Part shown: positions 52,231 through 63,664 of the stretch, piece after piece
How positions within the stretch are numbered: position 1 is the stretch's first letter
How the letters are laid out: each line of letters opens with the position of its first letter
Origin: Camelus ferus
Taxonomy: Eukaryota
Assembly: GCF_009834535.1 (NCBI RefSeq)
Contig: NC_045697.1
Location: 13,952,001-14,016,000, forward strand
Direction: 5' to 3'
Length of the DNA stretch: 64,000 nucleotides
The notes under the pieces: generated by a model
Told to the model about the DNA's origin: nothing
Databases searched by the model: none
The model's input: the letters and a program-made list of their open reading frames with translations, nothing else
Made by a program: the position numbers and the translations under genes

Positions 52231-53125
52231 ATATGTAGGCAGGGGAACAATTCATCAAGCACCGTGAAAAACCACAGTAACATTATGTCGCAAAATGGAA
52301 ATGACATTTCTCCAGGAACCCAACTTAAAGTCATAGAACATTGCAGTCTAACTGATGGAGAATTCAAAATAGTTGTCATGAGGAAACTCAGTAGTTACAA
52401 GAAAACTCATACAGGAAGTTCAAGGAGTGCAGGAATAATGAACAGAAGCGATACTTTCCCGAAAAGATTGAAACGCTAAAAAAGAACTAAACAGAAATTT
52501 GGAGCTGAAGAATTCATTACAGGAGATGAAGACTGTCTTAGAAAGCATTGTAAATAGAGCAGATCGTATGAAAGAGAGAATTGGTGAGCTCAAAGATAGA
52601 AATATAGAACTGATTCAGATAGATGAGGAGAGAGAACTGAGGTTTTTTTTTAATAAACAAATGTTAATGAGAACTATTCGACTCCATTAGGAAAGGCAAT
52701 GTAGGGATGATGGGTGTCCCAGAAGGAGAAGAGAGGAACAGGGGAGCAGAGCATTCATCTAAAGGAATAATCACTGAGAACTTCCCAAACCTGGGGAAGA
52801 ACCTGGATCACACAAGTCCACTGAAGCTAAGAGAGCGCCTGATTACATCAGTGCAAAAGACCTTCTCCAAAACATGTCATATGAAAATTGTCCAAAGTCA
52901 GTGACAAAGAATTTTAAAGGCACACAGGAAAAAAAAAAAAAGATAGTAACCTACAAAGGACCCTCCATCAACCTGTCAGCATATTTCTCAACAGAAACTC
53001 TATAGGCCAAGAAAGAGTTGAATGATATACTTAAAATATTGAAAGGTAAAAACTGTCAGCCAAGAAGGCACCCAGCAAAGGTATCTTCAGATATTAAGAA
53101 AAAAAATAAAGCCTTTCCCAGAAAA
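52231..53125 (+). pseudogene. LINE-1 ORF1p (RNA-binding protein), frameshifted
   Basis: Fragments LTDGEFKIVVMRKL; ELKNSLQEMK...RIGELKDRNIE (coiled coil); MGVPEGEE...IITENFPNLGK; NDILKILKGKNCQPR. Confidence 0.9.
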
Positions 53126-53660
53126 ACTAAAATGAAAAGACAGCCTACCAAATGGGAGAGCACGTTTGCAAATCATGGATCCAATAAGGGCTCAAGATCC
53201 AAAAAAGCATGAAGAACGCATACAACTCAACAGTAACAAAACAAAGTTGAAAATTGACTTGAGCATACAGATGGCCAACAGGCATGTGGAAGGATGTTCA
53301 ACATCACTAGTTATTATGGAAATATAAATCAAAACCACAATAAGATATTACCTCACACCCTTTAGAAGGACTGTTATCAAAAAGACAAGGAATAATAAGT
53401 GTTGGAGAAAATGTGGAAAAAAGAGAACCCTTACACACTGTTGGTGGGGGTGTACATTGGTGCAGCCACTGTGGAAAACAATACAGAGTCCTCAAAAAAT
53501 TGAGAATAGAACCACCATATGATCCAGCTATTCCACTTCTGGGTGTTTATTCGAAGAGTACAAAAACACTAATTCAAAAAGACATGCACCCCTATGTCTG
53601 TGTTCCTTCCAATATTATTTAGAATAGCCAAGATATGGAAACAACCTAAGTGTCCATCTA
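53126..53660 (+). pseudogene. LINE-1 ORF2p C-terminal remnant including the Cys-rich knuckle
   Basis: [34 protein letters not shown] at 53400-53453; EPPYDPAIPLLGVY. Confidence 0.9.
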
Positions 53661-53677
53661 GGGACAAATAAAGATGT

Positions 53678-53699
53678 TTATATATATATATATATATAC

Positions 53700-53731
<32 letters not shown>

Positions 53732-53762
53732 ATACACACGCACACGCGCACACACACACACA
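53678..53762. repeat. Compound (TA)n(TG)n(CA)n microsatellite inside the L1
   Basis: Directly visible. Confidence 0.92.
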
Positions 53763-55759
53763 CGGAACTCAGGCATAAAGAAGATGAAACCCTGCCATTT
53801 GTGGCAACAGGAATGGATCGTGTGGGTGTTACGCCGTGTGAAATGACTCAGATGAGAAAGACAAATACCGTGTGTTTTTACTCGTGTGTGTAATCTAAAG
53901 TCAAACAAACAAACAGTACAAAACAAAAGCAAACTCATAGATACGGAGAACAAATTAGTGGTTACCAAAGGGGAAAGGGAGTGGGAGGAGGGCGATGTTG
54001 GTCAAGGGTGACCACTGTATGGTGACGGATGGAAACTAAACCTTTGGTGGTGAGCGCATTGTAGTGTATATAGAAGTCGAAATATAATGTTGTACACATG
54101 AAACATATAATATTATAAACCAGTGTTACCTCAATTAAAAAAAAAGTGTTTGCCAACCTCTGATCTCCAGACTCTTTGGGTAGACCACTCTTTGCCTGCC
54201 CTTTTCCTTGGTGGTTCATCTTTTCCAAGCACACGGGGTGACTGGGTTTCATGCGCAGCAAACCCGGGCTGGGGAGCTAGGTCAGGTGCGTCTGTGTAGA
54301 GACCTCCCTGTCCCTCTCCTGCTTCACTGCCTTTGTATCACCTCGAATGTGAAAAGGGAGCGAAGCACCAGCCAGTCTCAGCCTGCCCCTGTCGCTCATC
54401 AGACCTGGAGATTTGGAAGTGGCTGTATTTTAAGATTCCACCCTCTTGATGGAAGAACTTTCATATGTTCTTACAGACCCTTGTATCATTTCAGCATACT
54501 TCTGTCTCTTCCAAATCTCTATTCTTCTTTCCATGAAAGGTTTTCTACTTTGTATTGACAGGGGCTGGGAGGAAGAGGCCTTTCCTTACAAGAATGATTC
54601 TCAGAGTTCTCTATGTCTGCAATACCACATCAAAGGAGACACTGCTAGGAGTGAAAATTCTCTGGCCCCACCCCAGGCCACTGCATCAAAACATGTAGGG
54701 GAGGGGCATGGCAAGCTGTGTTTCAGCGGGCCCCCTCCAGGGGATCGTGGTATCTCCTGAAGTTTGCGAACCAAAGCCTCACTTCATATCTGCAACTAGA
54801 ACTGGATGATCAGTGTTAACCAGGTTTCCTTCTTGGTATGTGACAGGGAGCTTTCAAAATGCAGAATGTCCTCTCTCTTTCTACAGAGAAAGTTCTGTTT
54901 TGAAAATTGAAACAGATTCCTTTTTCTGCTTGCGTTTCTGGTCTAATAATTTTCATCCTTCCTGAGGCACTCAGTGCCTCTGGTAAAATAGGGACATACA
55001 CAAGAAGAATAGGCGTCTTAGGTGGGGAGAGTTTTACTGAATGCTGCTCTTCTGTGTGCTCATGAGACACCTTTGTCTAGCTGGTGGGGTTCGTGCCAGG
55101 GGCCAGCAACAGGACTGGCTGAATCAGAAGTTTGAACTCTAGCCTCTGTGATGGTGGTTCCAAGACAGAATCTTCAGCTTGCCGGGACAGTTTCACTTAG
55201 ACCTGCCGTGGGCATCTCAAACTTGGCAGGGGTGAAAGGTAATTCCTTTTCTTTCCCCTCAAACCACCCTCCCTTTCCTGATTTCCCAACATTAGCGAAC
55301 AGCTATGCAACAGTCACTCCAAGCATCTGTTTTGAAGTTAGACTGATCTAGATTCAAACCAATTTCATCATTTATTTGTGTTGTGATCTGGGAAAACCAG
55401 TCTTTCTACACTTTCCTGTAACATGGAGTAAGTCCCAACTCCCATGAGATTTGGAGGAAACATGCCTGATAAATTGTATTTATTATCCTAAGCTCACCAC
55501 CTCCTCAACATCTTCTTAACAACCAAGTCACTAGGCAGCACTTTCATAAATACCTTTCAAATAATATTGCTTTCTTTTCAACACATCACCCCTGCTAGCA
55601 AAGACCATCTTCAGTTATTTGGGGGATGACATGGCTTCTTGTTTGTTCTTCCTACCTCTCGCTGGCTCACCTCTTAGAGCTGACACGTATGGGGATGCAG
55701 GCGCTAGAACACACAAGACCCCCAGCTAAGGGACACCCCTGAGATGTCAGGGAGACCTC

Positions 55760-55918
55760 ACATTCATATATGTGCACACTAACCACATCCACACCTGCAC
55801 ATTGCCATGTGCACAAACCACACACACTGACAGAGACATTTAAACACACATGTACACACTAAAACTCAGAGATCACCTGCCACACACACCCACTCACACT
55901 CATTCACATTCACACATT
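55760..55918. repeat. Degenerate CA-rich low-complexity tract
   Basis: Interrupted cacac runs over about 160 nt. Confidence 0.6.
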
Positions 55919-56589
55919 TGCATCTTTATTATGAAAAAAGAACAAAGAACTTTTTTTCAACAGCATAGACATTTCTTTGACTGTATTGGGAAAGGAACAC
56001 CGTTCTTTAATCCACAAGGAGGTGTCACCGGGGCAACTCGGCTGTCCTCACTCATCTTTTCTTCAAGAGCTGCCAGAGTGATTCCAAAAGATGCTCCCAC
56101 CCCGTCAGGTTCTCTGTGCCCACCTCCCGTAGCAGTTTGTGCATCCTGCATTTGGAACCCTCTCAGACAGTGCATCATTGTCTATTGTCCTGACACTCAC
56201 TTGAGATTGAAAAATCCCTTCAGATTATCCTTGGTACCCAACATTGTGCCTGGCCAAAAAGAGATGTGTAACACATTATTTTTCATCCACTAAATGGGCA
56301 ATGGATTTTGTTTGGGGGTATTTTCCATATATATGGATTCCGCCAAAAATATTGTGTTCTTGTAAGAGTTTCTTAACTTACCTGGTGACTGCATATTTAC
56401 TTATTTTTATTGTGATTAAGACCTCAATAAAACATGCCTAACCACTTCTTGCATTTTGTTAATAACCATTCTGTGTCCTGCATTTTTAGCAAAAAGAGAA
56501 ACTCCCGTTCTCCATCACTGTTCTCATCCCTCTGCTTCTCTGAGTGGGCTAAAGGGTTCTGGCTGTCTTATGCTCAAGCCACTTTTAGA

Positions 56590-56830
56590 ATCAGAATAGC
56601 TAACATTTATGGGGAACTGTTTATATGCACCACCCACTGAACCAGATACTTTTGAAGCCTAACTTCATTTAGTCTTCAAACCAGTCCTGAGGATGGGGTG
56701 ATATTTATTCCCATTCTCCACATGGGGGAAATACATTTTGAGAAGAATTTGCTTGATGTCAAATGGTGCATAAAGGACAGAACTTGGCCTCAGATCCAAG
56801 TTTATCTGCTTTCAGAGCTTGTGATTTTTA
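56590..56830 (-). mobile_element. MIR SINE
   Basis: 'aatagctaacatttatggg...cttcatttagtcttc...attcccattctccacatggggg...cagatccaagtttatctg'. Confidence 0.65.
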
Positions 56831-58134
56831 TAATGATTACTAGACATTCTTTTTAGGCCTCATCACATTTTATAAAAATTAAAGCGGAAAAAGAACCCAA
56901 AGAAAAAGATGAAACGCAGTTTAGTATAACCATTCTTTAGACTTTTAAAGAAATTATTTTTATTACCTAGGAAATATAAAGATACATTTACGTTTATATA
57001 TGAATTCTCTAACTTCCAAAGTTAATGTTGTTCTATTTGTAAATGTAAATGGTCTTCTGCTGATTTTTATATTTTACTCTGTCCTAAAGCATGGATCCTG
57101 CAATTGTGACTTTTACATTGGGGAAAATCCTTATTTTCCATTTTTATGATCCCTGTTGGTATATATACTCTCTCCATTTTGTGCATTACTTCTATGAATA
57201 CTGGATAGGATAAAGCAAAGCATAGACAAGGAGACATTTAAGGCCTTTCACAGCTTCAAGCATTGTAACACCAATATTGAAGGCGACCGTATCACTGTTG
57301 AGTAGTATTTATCGCTAGAGTTTGAAAAGATCTCTGAGATGATCTTTTATTATGATACACCATTTTGTTTTAAAAGCTCCTACAATGGGATAAATATCTT
57401 ATTTTATAAACCTCATGGGAAGGACAAGGTGCCTTTAAAGAAACCACCAGATATGGATTTATTGGGGGTGGGGGTGGGTTTGCATACACAAGTGTTATTT
57501 TCCCATTGCCTTCTCAGTTCCTTGTAAATAATAGGTGTCGGATGCTGAATGTCATTATATTTATATGTGAAGCAGCGTTTTTATTCTCAAGTCACTTCTT
57601 TCAACGAACACATCTGTCTTTGACCTCCCTCCCCATGGCGTTTTAGAGTTGCTAGGGAATTTATCATCAACATTAGTTTGGCAGCTTTCTGAGAGATAGA
57701 ACCAAATGTTCCTTGCTGGAAGAAAAACATCAACTTATTCTGCCTCTATTATCACGCTCAAGAAAACCACTTTTGGCCATCGAGTTAAACTCTGTTGTTG
57801 ACTTCTATTGGATCAGCTCTCCTGGATTTCAGTTTACAGTGTGTGTAACGTGAACCCCAGTGTTTGAAATGCCTAGCTCATTAATGTATGCAATGTTCCA
57901 TAAATAGTCTGTTCCATTTCTCTGAAGGAAAGTTTTAAAGAAAGTCAAGTGTTTCTCTTTTCAAATATAAGTTTAATGATAACTGGTATTAAAGTCTGGG
58001 GGTCATTTATTCTAAAATCTTGCCCATCCTTTAATATAGCTACTATGTGTGTGTATGTAATACACATGGGAATGTGTGTGTGAATTTAGTAAAGTTAGCT
58101 CCTACAGGATTCCTTAGGGCTTCCTTTACCAGTA

Positions 58135-58480
58135 ATTTGCTCACTTGATAAATATGTATTGAATTCTTTTGATGTGCGAGGCTCGCTTCTAGGAGCCACA
58201 GATACGAAAATGACCAAGTGTGACCCCATTCAGTTCCTCCAGGGGCTCAAAATCTCCTAGGAGAAACAAGCAATTGAATAGCAATTATAATCCCATATAG
58301 TAAGTGCTTCTCTAGGGTAATACATAGAAGCGGCCGCAGCCCATTCTGGGAAAGGTTATGGGATAAGGAGTATTTGGCTGGAACCATATGGGGCAAGAGG
58401 GTTTAGGCAGGGGAAACAGGGAGCAGGGTCTAGAAGAAAGTGTGCAAAATCCGGCAATGTTTGTGTCCTAAGAATCGTTC
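58135..58480 (-). mobile_element. LINE-2 3' fragment
   Basis: 'ataaatatgtattgaa...tgtgcgaggctcgcttctaggagccacagatac'. Confidence 0.6.
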
Positions 58481-58489
58481 TCCTCTGTG

Positions 58490-58725
58490 AGAGGCAGTGT
58501 GTATGGGGGTTAAACTCATGCACTCTGAGGTAAGCTGTCTCAGTTTGGATCTTGGCTCTGACACTTACGGAATGTGAGTCATTAGCACCACGTCTGTGAG
58601 TCTCAGCTTCTCCATGTGTGTGGAAGAGGGTTTTAGAGGCACAGCTGCATGAAGGCAGGGTGAGGATCACCGGTGGTGATACATGCGGGGTGCCTGGAGG
58701 AGTGGGCAGCCGGCACTTTGAGAGC
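58490..58725 (+). mobile_element. MIR SINE, tail interrupted by MLT1
   Basis: 'gagaggcagtgtgtatgggggttaa...ggatcttggctctgacacttac...tctcagcttctcc'; the tail appears to resume at about 59130. Confidence 0.6.
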
Positions 58726-58729
58726 GGTT

Positions 58730-59129
58730 TATGTTGGTTTGCTAGGGCTGAGTAACAGCACCACAAACTGGGGGGGTTAAACAACAGAAGTTTACCGCCT
58801 CACAGTTGGAGACTAGAGCCCACAATTGAGATGTCTGCAGGGTTGGTTCTCTCTGGAGACCGTGAGGGAAGGGTCTGTTCCTGGCCTCCCTCCTTGGCTT
58901 CCAGGTGACCAGTCTTCCACCTGAGGTCTCTCGGTATCGTCTTCCCTCTGCGCATGTCTCCACGTCCAGATTCTCCCGTTTTCCAAGGACGCTAGTCATA
59001 TCGGATTAGGGCCCAATGTAATGACCCCATGTTAACTATCGACATCTGGGACAGCCCTGTTTCCAAACACGGTCCCATTCCAAGGTGCTGACGGTTAGAC
59101 TGGAGGGGGTTACAGTTCAACCCATCACA
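58730..59129 (-). mobile_element. ERVL-MaLR MLT1 (MLT1C/D-like) solo LTR
   Basis: 'tttgctagggctg...caccacaaactggg...ttaaacaacagaa...ctcacagtt...gcagggttggtt...ggattagggccc...ttcaacccatcaca'. Confidence 0.88.
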
Positions 59130-59894
59130 GTGCCCAGTAAAAAACTGCCTTTTTTTTATTATTATTGCATAAAAGATAAATATTTGGCCAAGGTAGGTGA
59201 GAAGAAGGAGAACATTTGAGGGGAAGCAGCTTTCCCTTTGGAAGGTAACAGTCATCGCCCAGCGCTGCAAAGGTCTGTCCTGGCGTATGTTTGATACTTC
59301 TGTGGAAAAAGCCAAAGTCTATTTTTTCATTATGTGCTAGTTAATTTTTTCACTTCTTAAATTGAAGATAAATTTTTACTTTGGTTGCCTTTTACTGAAA
59401 ATTCATAGTTATCTGTTTCTGAGCTGTGATGGAACTTAGAGATCAGCAATTTCAGCTAACCACTTAGAGAAAGGAAAATGGCTAGGGTCGCCTTTATTCC
59501 CACCTTCATAGTCCCTGTGTATCTATCTGTCTGCCCCTCTGGCATCTAAACCCCTCGAGCGTAAGAAGAGCCAGTGGCACATACTTTGCTGGTGCCTCAC
59601 AGACACTCCCTTGCCTTCCGGCAACATTTGCTTTTTCGACCTGCCTATTTGTGTGAAGAGAAAAGACTGCTAACAGAATAAATGGATAAAACTGTGCTTT
59701 AATCTATTGCTTTCAATTTTACCCTAACTACTCTTTCTGTTTGGACTTTTGATCTAGATTACCGTTTCTCTGTTAGGGCTGAAATAGCCTCTTCTTAAGC
59801 AGCTCAGTCCGTTTTATTACCTAAGAGCCAGTGATTTCCTGCAGACCCTCCAGCTGATAAATGGAGTCTTTTGCTAACTGAGGTCTGCTCTCCC

Positions 59895-60050
59895 ACTGCT
59901 CCCTTCCTGCCCCCTCCTCCCCTCTTCTTTTCAATCTTTACTCTCTTTCCTTTTCTCGCCTCTCTCCCCTTCCCTTCCCTTCCTTCTCCTTCCCTATCTC
60001 CCCCTCCTCCTGTTCTTTGCATCTTCCTCCTTTATTTCCCTGTTCCTTTT
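59895..60050. repeat. Polypyrimidine (CT-rich) tract
   Basis: Directly visible. Confidence 0.85.
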
Positions 60051-60373
60051 ACAGGCAGTAAATAGCTTCAGTTGTTACTGAATTTTCATATATTAATACC
60101 TTGAAAGAAATTCTTTATGGTTTCTTAGCTGTGACAATATAAACTCAGAGTTTATGTTCACTCAGTACGAAAGTATTGATCACTTTTCTGCCAATTCTAA
60201 AACCCACAATTGTCAATAAGCCCACAAAGCTGAAATTCGTTAACATTTCAGACATCAATGTGGTGCTGTCAAATTTGAGATTTAGCCTTTTTTTCTATCG
60301 CTGTATTTTTTTTTCTTACAACATCATTGACATTCTAATTAGGAAAAATGGAGTGATAAAAGCATGGAAAATC

Positions 60374-60521
60374 TTAATTAGGTCCCATTTGTTTATTCTT
60401 GCTTTTATTTCTATTGCTTGGGTAGACTGTCCTAGGAGAACATTTTTGAGATGTATGTCAGATAATGTTTTGCCTATATTTTCTTCTAGGAGGTTTATTG
60501 TATCTTGTCTTATGTTTAATT
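60374..60521 (-). mobile_element. Young internal LINE-1 ORF2 fragment (148 bp)
   Basis: Open minus frame LNIRQDTINLLEENIGKTLSDIHLKNVLLGQSTQAIEIKARINKWDLI; TTAATT at both ends. Confidence 0.88.
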
Positions 60522-60711
60522 GTTACAGGGCCAGTATGTATGTATATAAGTGAATGTTAAACAGTTAGTCATAATTAATGTGATTTCTAAAATTTTTAGC
60601 TTGAGAACTGCCACTTTTATGTCACTCATCATGTTTTCCCCCTTCAGATCTTAGGTGGATTAATAGTAGAACACACACCCACGCACTGTGTAATTGTTGA
60701 AGCAAGAGTGG

Positions 60712-61180
60712 TGTAGATTGAAAAAGTGTATACCACCTGAAAGTTCAGAGTTATGGTTTATTCCGGGCACTTTCTGAAGACTTCAAGCCCTGGAGGCAGC
60801 CTCTCAGATCCCTGGAAGGGACTGCTCTGAAGAAGTGAGGGAGGAGCCAGGATATATAGGAGTTTTTGGAACAAAGACCAGGTAATTGAAACATGAAAAG
60901 GTTACTATTAATTAAAAAAAACAAGATCCCTCAAGTTGGAATTTAGCACTTTTTTATGTATGGGAAGGTGCAAAAGTCAGGGCTCATGGAAATCGTAACT
61001 TTGATCAGCAGCTGATCTCTCTAGGGCCAGTGTCCTGTTGTTTCCCATCCTGAGTCCTGTCAGGGTGCACCTGTCTCCATCCTGAGTTCCTGCCATCATA
61101 GTGGGCAGGGGCAGTGGCTGATGACTTGATGGCCAGAGTCCTTTGTTTACTGGTATGGCAGGCAATATTTTTCATTCACA
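60712..61180 (-). mobile_element. ERV1-class solo LTR (resembles cetartiodactyl MER41-like LTRs)
   Basis: TG...CA termini, near-identical 4-bp flanks GTGG/GTGA, minus-strand TATA (about 60855) upstream of AATAAA (about 60760). Confidence 0.75.
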
Positions 61181-61459
61181 GTGACATCATCAGCTCTTTC
61201 GAAGAATTTTGTTCTTCAAATTCTGCTCTCTCGTTGCATATGATGGTAGAAAATGTCCAAAAGACTGATAAGTAACTAAAATAGGCAGATTATACAGCAA
61301 TGAACATGTACAGCTTTGCCTAAAATTTTTTAGTGATTTTTTTTTCCTGGTATATAAGTAGAGACCTGGAAGAATATTTACACTACAAAAATGTTTTAAT
61401 AAAATGATTAGTTTACTTTGAATAAAAGTATTTTTTTTATCAGTCGTAACACTGAAGAG

Positions 61460-61600
61460 CAAGGATTGGTAGAGCTGGGTTCTAGCTTTAGTTTTGCATT
61501 AGCTAGCTGTTTAATTTTGACAAGCCATATAACCAGTCTTGGCCTTGGGTTCCTCATCATTAAAGTGAATATATTGACTTCTGAGCTCCTATAGCACTCT
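61460..61600 (+). mobile_element. MIR-family fragment
   Basis: 'gagctgggttctagc...tagctgt...ttgacaagcc...gggttcctcatcattaaagtg'. Confidence 0.55.
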
Positions 61601-61799
61601 TTATTTAAATTTTACAAATTCATGTTTTCATATGTTTAATGACCCGGTCGTTACAGTTACAATAACATGTGCATACTAAACCCGAAAAGGGTCTCATTTT
61701 AGAGTTTCATTTTATACTTTGTAGATTTCTGAGGAAGAAGTGTGACAGTGGCAAGGATTAAAAGGTCAGATACATCATTTTTCGTATTGTACATCACTG

Positions 61800-62282
61800 C
61801 CTCCAGCTTTAAGATCTCAGGATCCCTATAATCTTAGAACTTATTGAGGAGCTTGTGATTATGTGAAATATATATACATATCATTTTATAAATTGAAACA
61901 AAATGTTAAGATGCTTATTTTTTAAATTATGTTTAAATAATTAACCAATTATATATTAACATAAGTAACATATGTTTATAAAAACATATTTTTCAAAACA
62001 AAAAAAGTGAGAAGAATATCAGTTTTATATTTTTGCAAATCTCTTTAATGCCTGGCTTATTAGAAGACACCTGTATTCTTCTGTTTGCTTCTGTATTGAG
62101 ACTGCTGTGATAGCAAACGATGTGTAGCCTTCTGGAAATTCCATTTATCCTCATGAGAGATAGGGAATGAAAAAGCGGAGACATCTTAGTACTTTTATGA
62201 AAATAGTTTTGACCTCAAGAGACCCACAAAGAAGTGTCTCATTGATCTCCAAGGTCCCTGGAACACTCTTTGAGAATAACTA
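61800..62282. mobile_element. hAT-Charlie non-autonomous DNA transposon
   Basis: 'tctcaggatccct...ttattgagga', 'tttttgcaaatctctttaatgcctggctta', 'aaatagttttgacctc...ctttgagaa'. Confidence 0.7.
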
Positions 62283-63154
62283 TTTCACAGTTTTTTTTAA
62301 CATGAGATGATTTTGTTGTGGGAAGTGTGACTTCAAAATTTGGAATTCTGATGTATCGTTCAGTTTTCAAAATTTCAGTTTGACTTTTAACACTGAAAAT
62401 CTCTTGCCTATGCCTCAGATTTTTCTAATTCTTACGCTTATGATAGTTAAAAGCATGCATGAGACACTCTCCAAATAATTTTCTTCTCATTTAGCCACTT
62501 TAAGAGATCTTACCTGTTGTTTTTTTTTAATATATTCTGTATGTTTGTGTTCTTCACTTTGCCATAAGCTCCACAAAGGGGTGGGGGAATGATCAGTAAG
62601 TATCCTATGTACTTACTTGCTCAAAAAATACATATGAAATTACTGAATAGAGAAAAAAGGATAGGAAGGAACAAATGAACATATTAACAAACCTTGAGTA
62701 AAAATGTCAAGCCTTTGCTGGAGGAAATTAGTTCTTAAAATGTCTAAATCATTCCCAAATGGAAAAAAAAGTTACCAAAATTTAACTTAGATTGAGAATA
62801 TTTTCTAGTTTCTCAGGCAAAATTTGTAGAAGCCCACTGAAAGTGAATGTATCTATTCAGAAATTTTAAATGGAATGAAGAGAACCTCTAACAGTGTAAA
62901 AGTGTATGTACTTGCCTGAATTGATGGAAATATTTGTATCTCTATATATTAAGCAAGAGGTATTAGCATCATTATAAACTAATCATGAGCCTTAGTCCCC
63001 TCGGGCAGAGTTGTGACAAGGGAGCTGTGAAAGGCAAACAAAGAGCCTGCACGTCCCTTGGAATCAGATCGCCTGGATTTTGGTGCTGATTGCTCCTGGC
63101 AGCCTGATGATAAATTCCTTATTCAGTCTCTCTGGACTTACATGTCCACCCACA

Positions 63155-63330
63155 GGAGAATATTCTGACAATGGGAACACTTTAAAATGTAACAGCTGCT
63201 TGTGAGGTCGTGAGTTCCTCACTACCAAGGGTTTCAGGTCCAAGAAGGTAGATCAGGTTTCCAGGACATTGATGACAAGGATATGTGCAGGCTTGATTGC
63301 ATCAATGTTCATAGACAGCATTTCTCCCCT
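63155..63330 (+). mobile_element. L3/CR1 LINE 3' remnant
   Basis: 'gctgcttgtgaggtcgtgagttcctcactaccaagggtttcagg' resembles the CR1 3' end. Confidence 0.45.
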
Positions 63331-63499
63331 TTGAAAACAATGGCCAAGGTATCCACACTCTACATCCGAGAATAAATGAATTGGGAGCAGAAACCAATCC
63401 ATGGCCATTAAGGCCCTCGAGGTGAACCATAGACTGAGAGCACAGGAAAACAGTGTGTCAGACCAATGAAGTTAGTGTGTGATTTGAAGTGGTTTTTTT

Positions 63500-63645
63500 T
63501 TTCAAGTTTTATAGAATTAGGCAACGCTGAAGGCTATGTGTGTGTATGAAGCAGGGAAGATATGGGAGGTCTCTGTACTTTCTGTTCAGTTTTGCTGTGA
63601 ACCTAAAACTGTCCTAAAAATTAAAGTCTATTAAAAAGAAAAAGC
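63500..63645 (+). mobile_element. L1M 3' terminus with poly(A)
   Basis: 'atatgggaggtctctgtactttctgttcagttttgctgtgaacctaaaactg...aaagtctattaaaaa'. Confidence 0.8.
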
Positions 63646-63664
63646 TCTCCACCGGACAAAAAAC

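Larger units (their letters stand above)
51458..54145 (+). mobile_element. LINE-1 with 5' UTR, ORF1, ORF2 C-terminus, 3' UTR and poly(A), lacking EN and RT (internally deleted, half-L1-like)
   Basis: GC-rich 5' UTR, ORF1 remnants, ORF2 zinc knuckle, laurasiatherian-type 3' UTR ending 'gttacctcaattaaaaaaaaa'; TSD-like AAAAAGTTTGCC / AAAAAGTGTTTGCC. Confidence 0.92.
51267..54162. mobile_element. MER58-like hAT element split by the L1 insertion (pieces 51267-51457 and 54146-54162)
   Basis: TIRs CAGGCGTTGGCAAA (51267) and TTTGCCAACCTCTG (ending 54162); internal 'cagccacacc', 'atggcccacaaagcctaa'. Confidence 0.8.

Noticed and set aside
55850..56293. 147-aa ORF
   Set aside because: Starts in CA-rich low-complexity sequence; no domain-like character
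58356..58999. 142-aa and 85-aa minus-strand ORFs
   Set aside because: They span L2, MIR and MLT1 repeat sequence; chance frames
60648..60716. Acceptor-like ttttcccccttcag followed by ILGGLIVEHTPTHCV...
   Set aside because: No good donor, runs into the LTR, no recognisable homology
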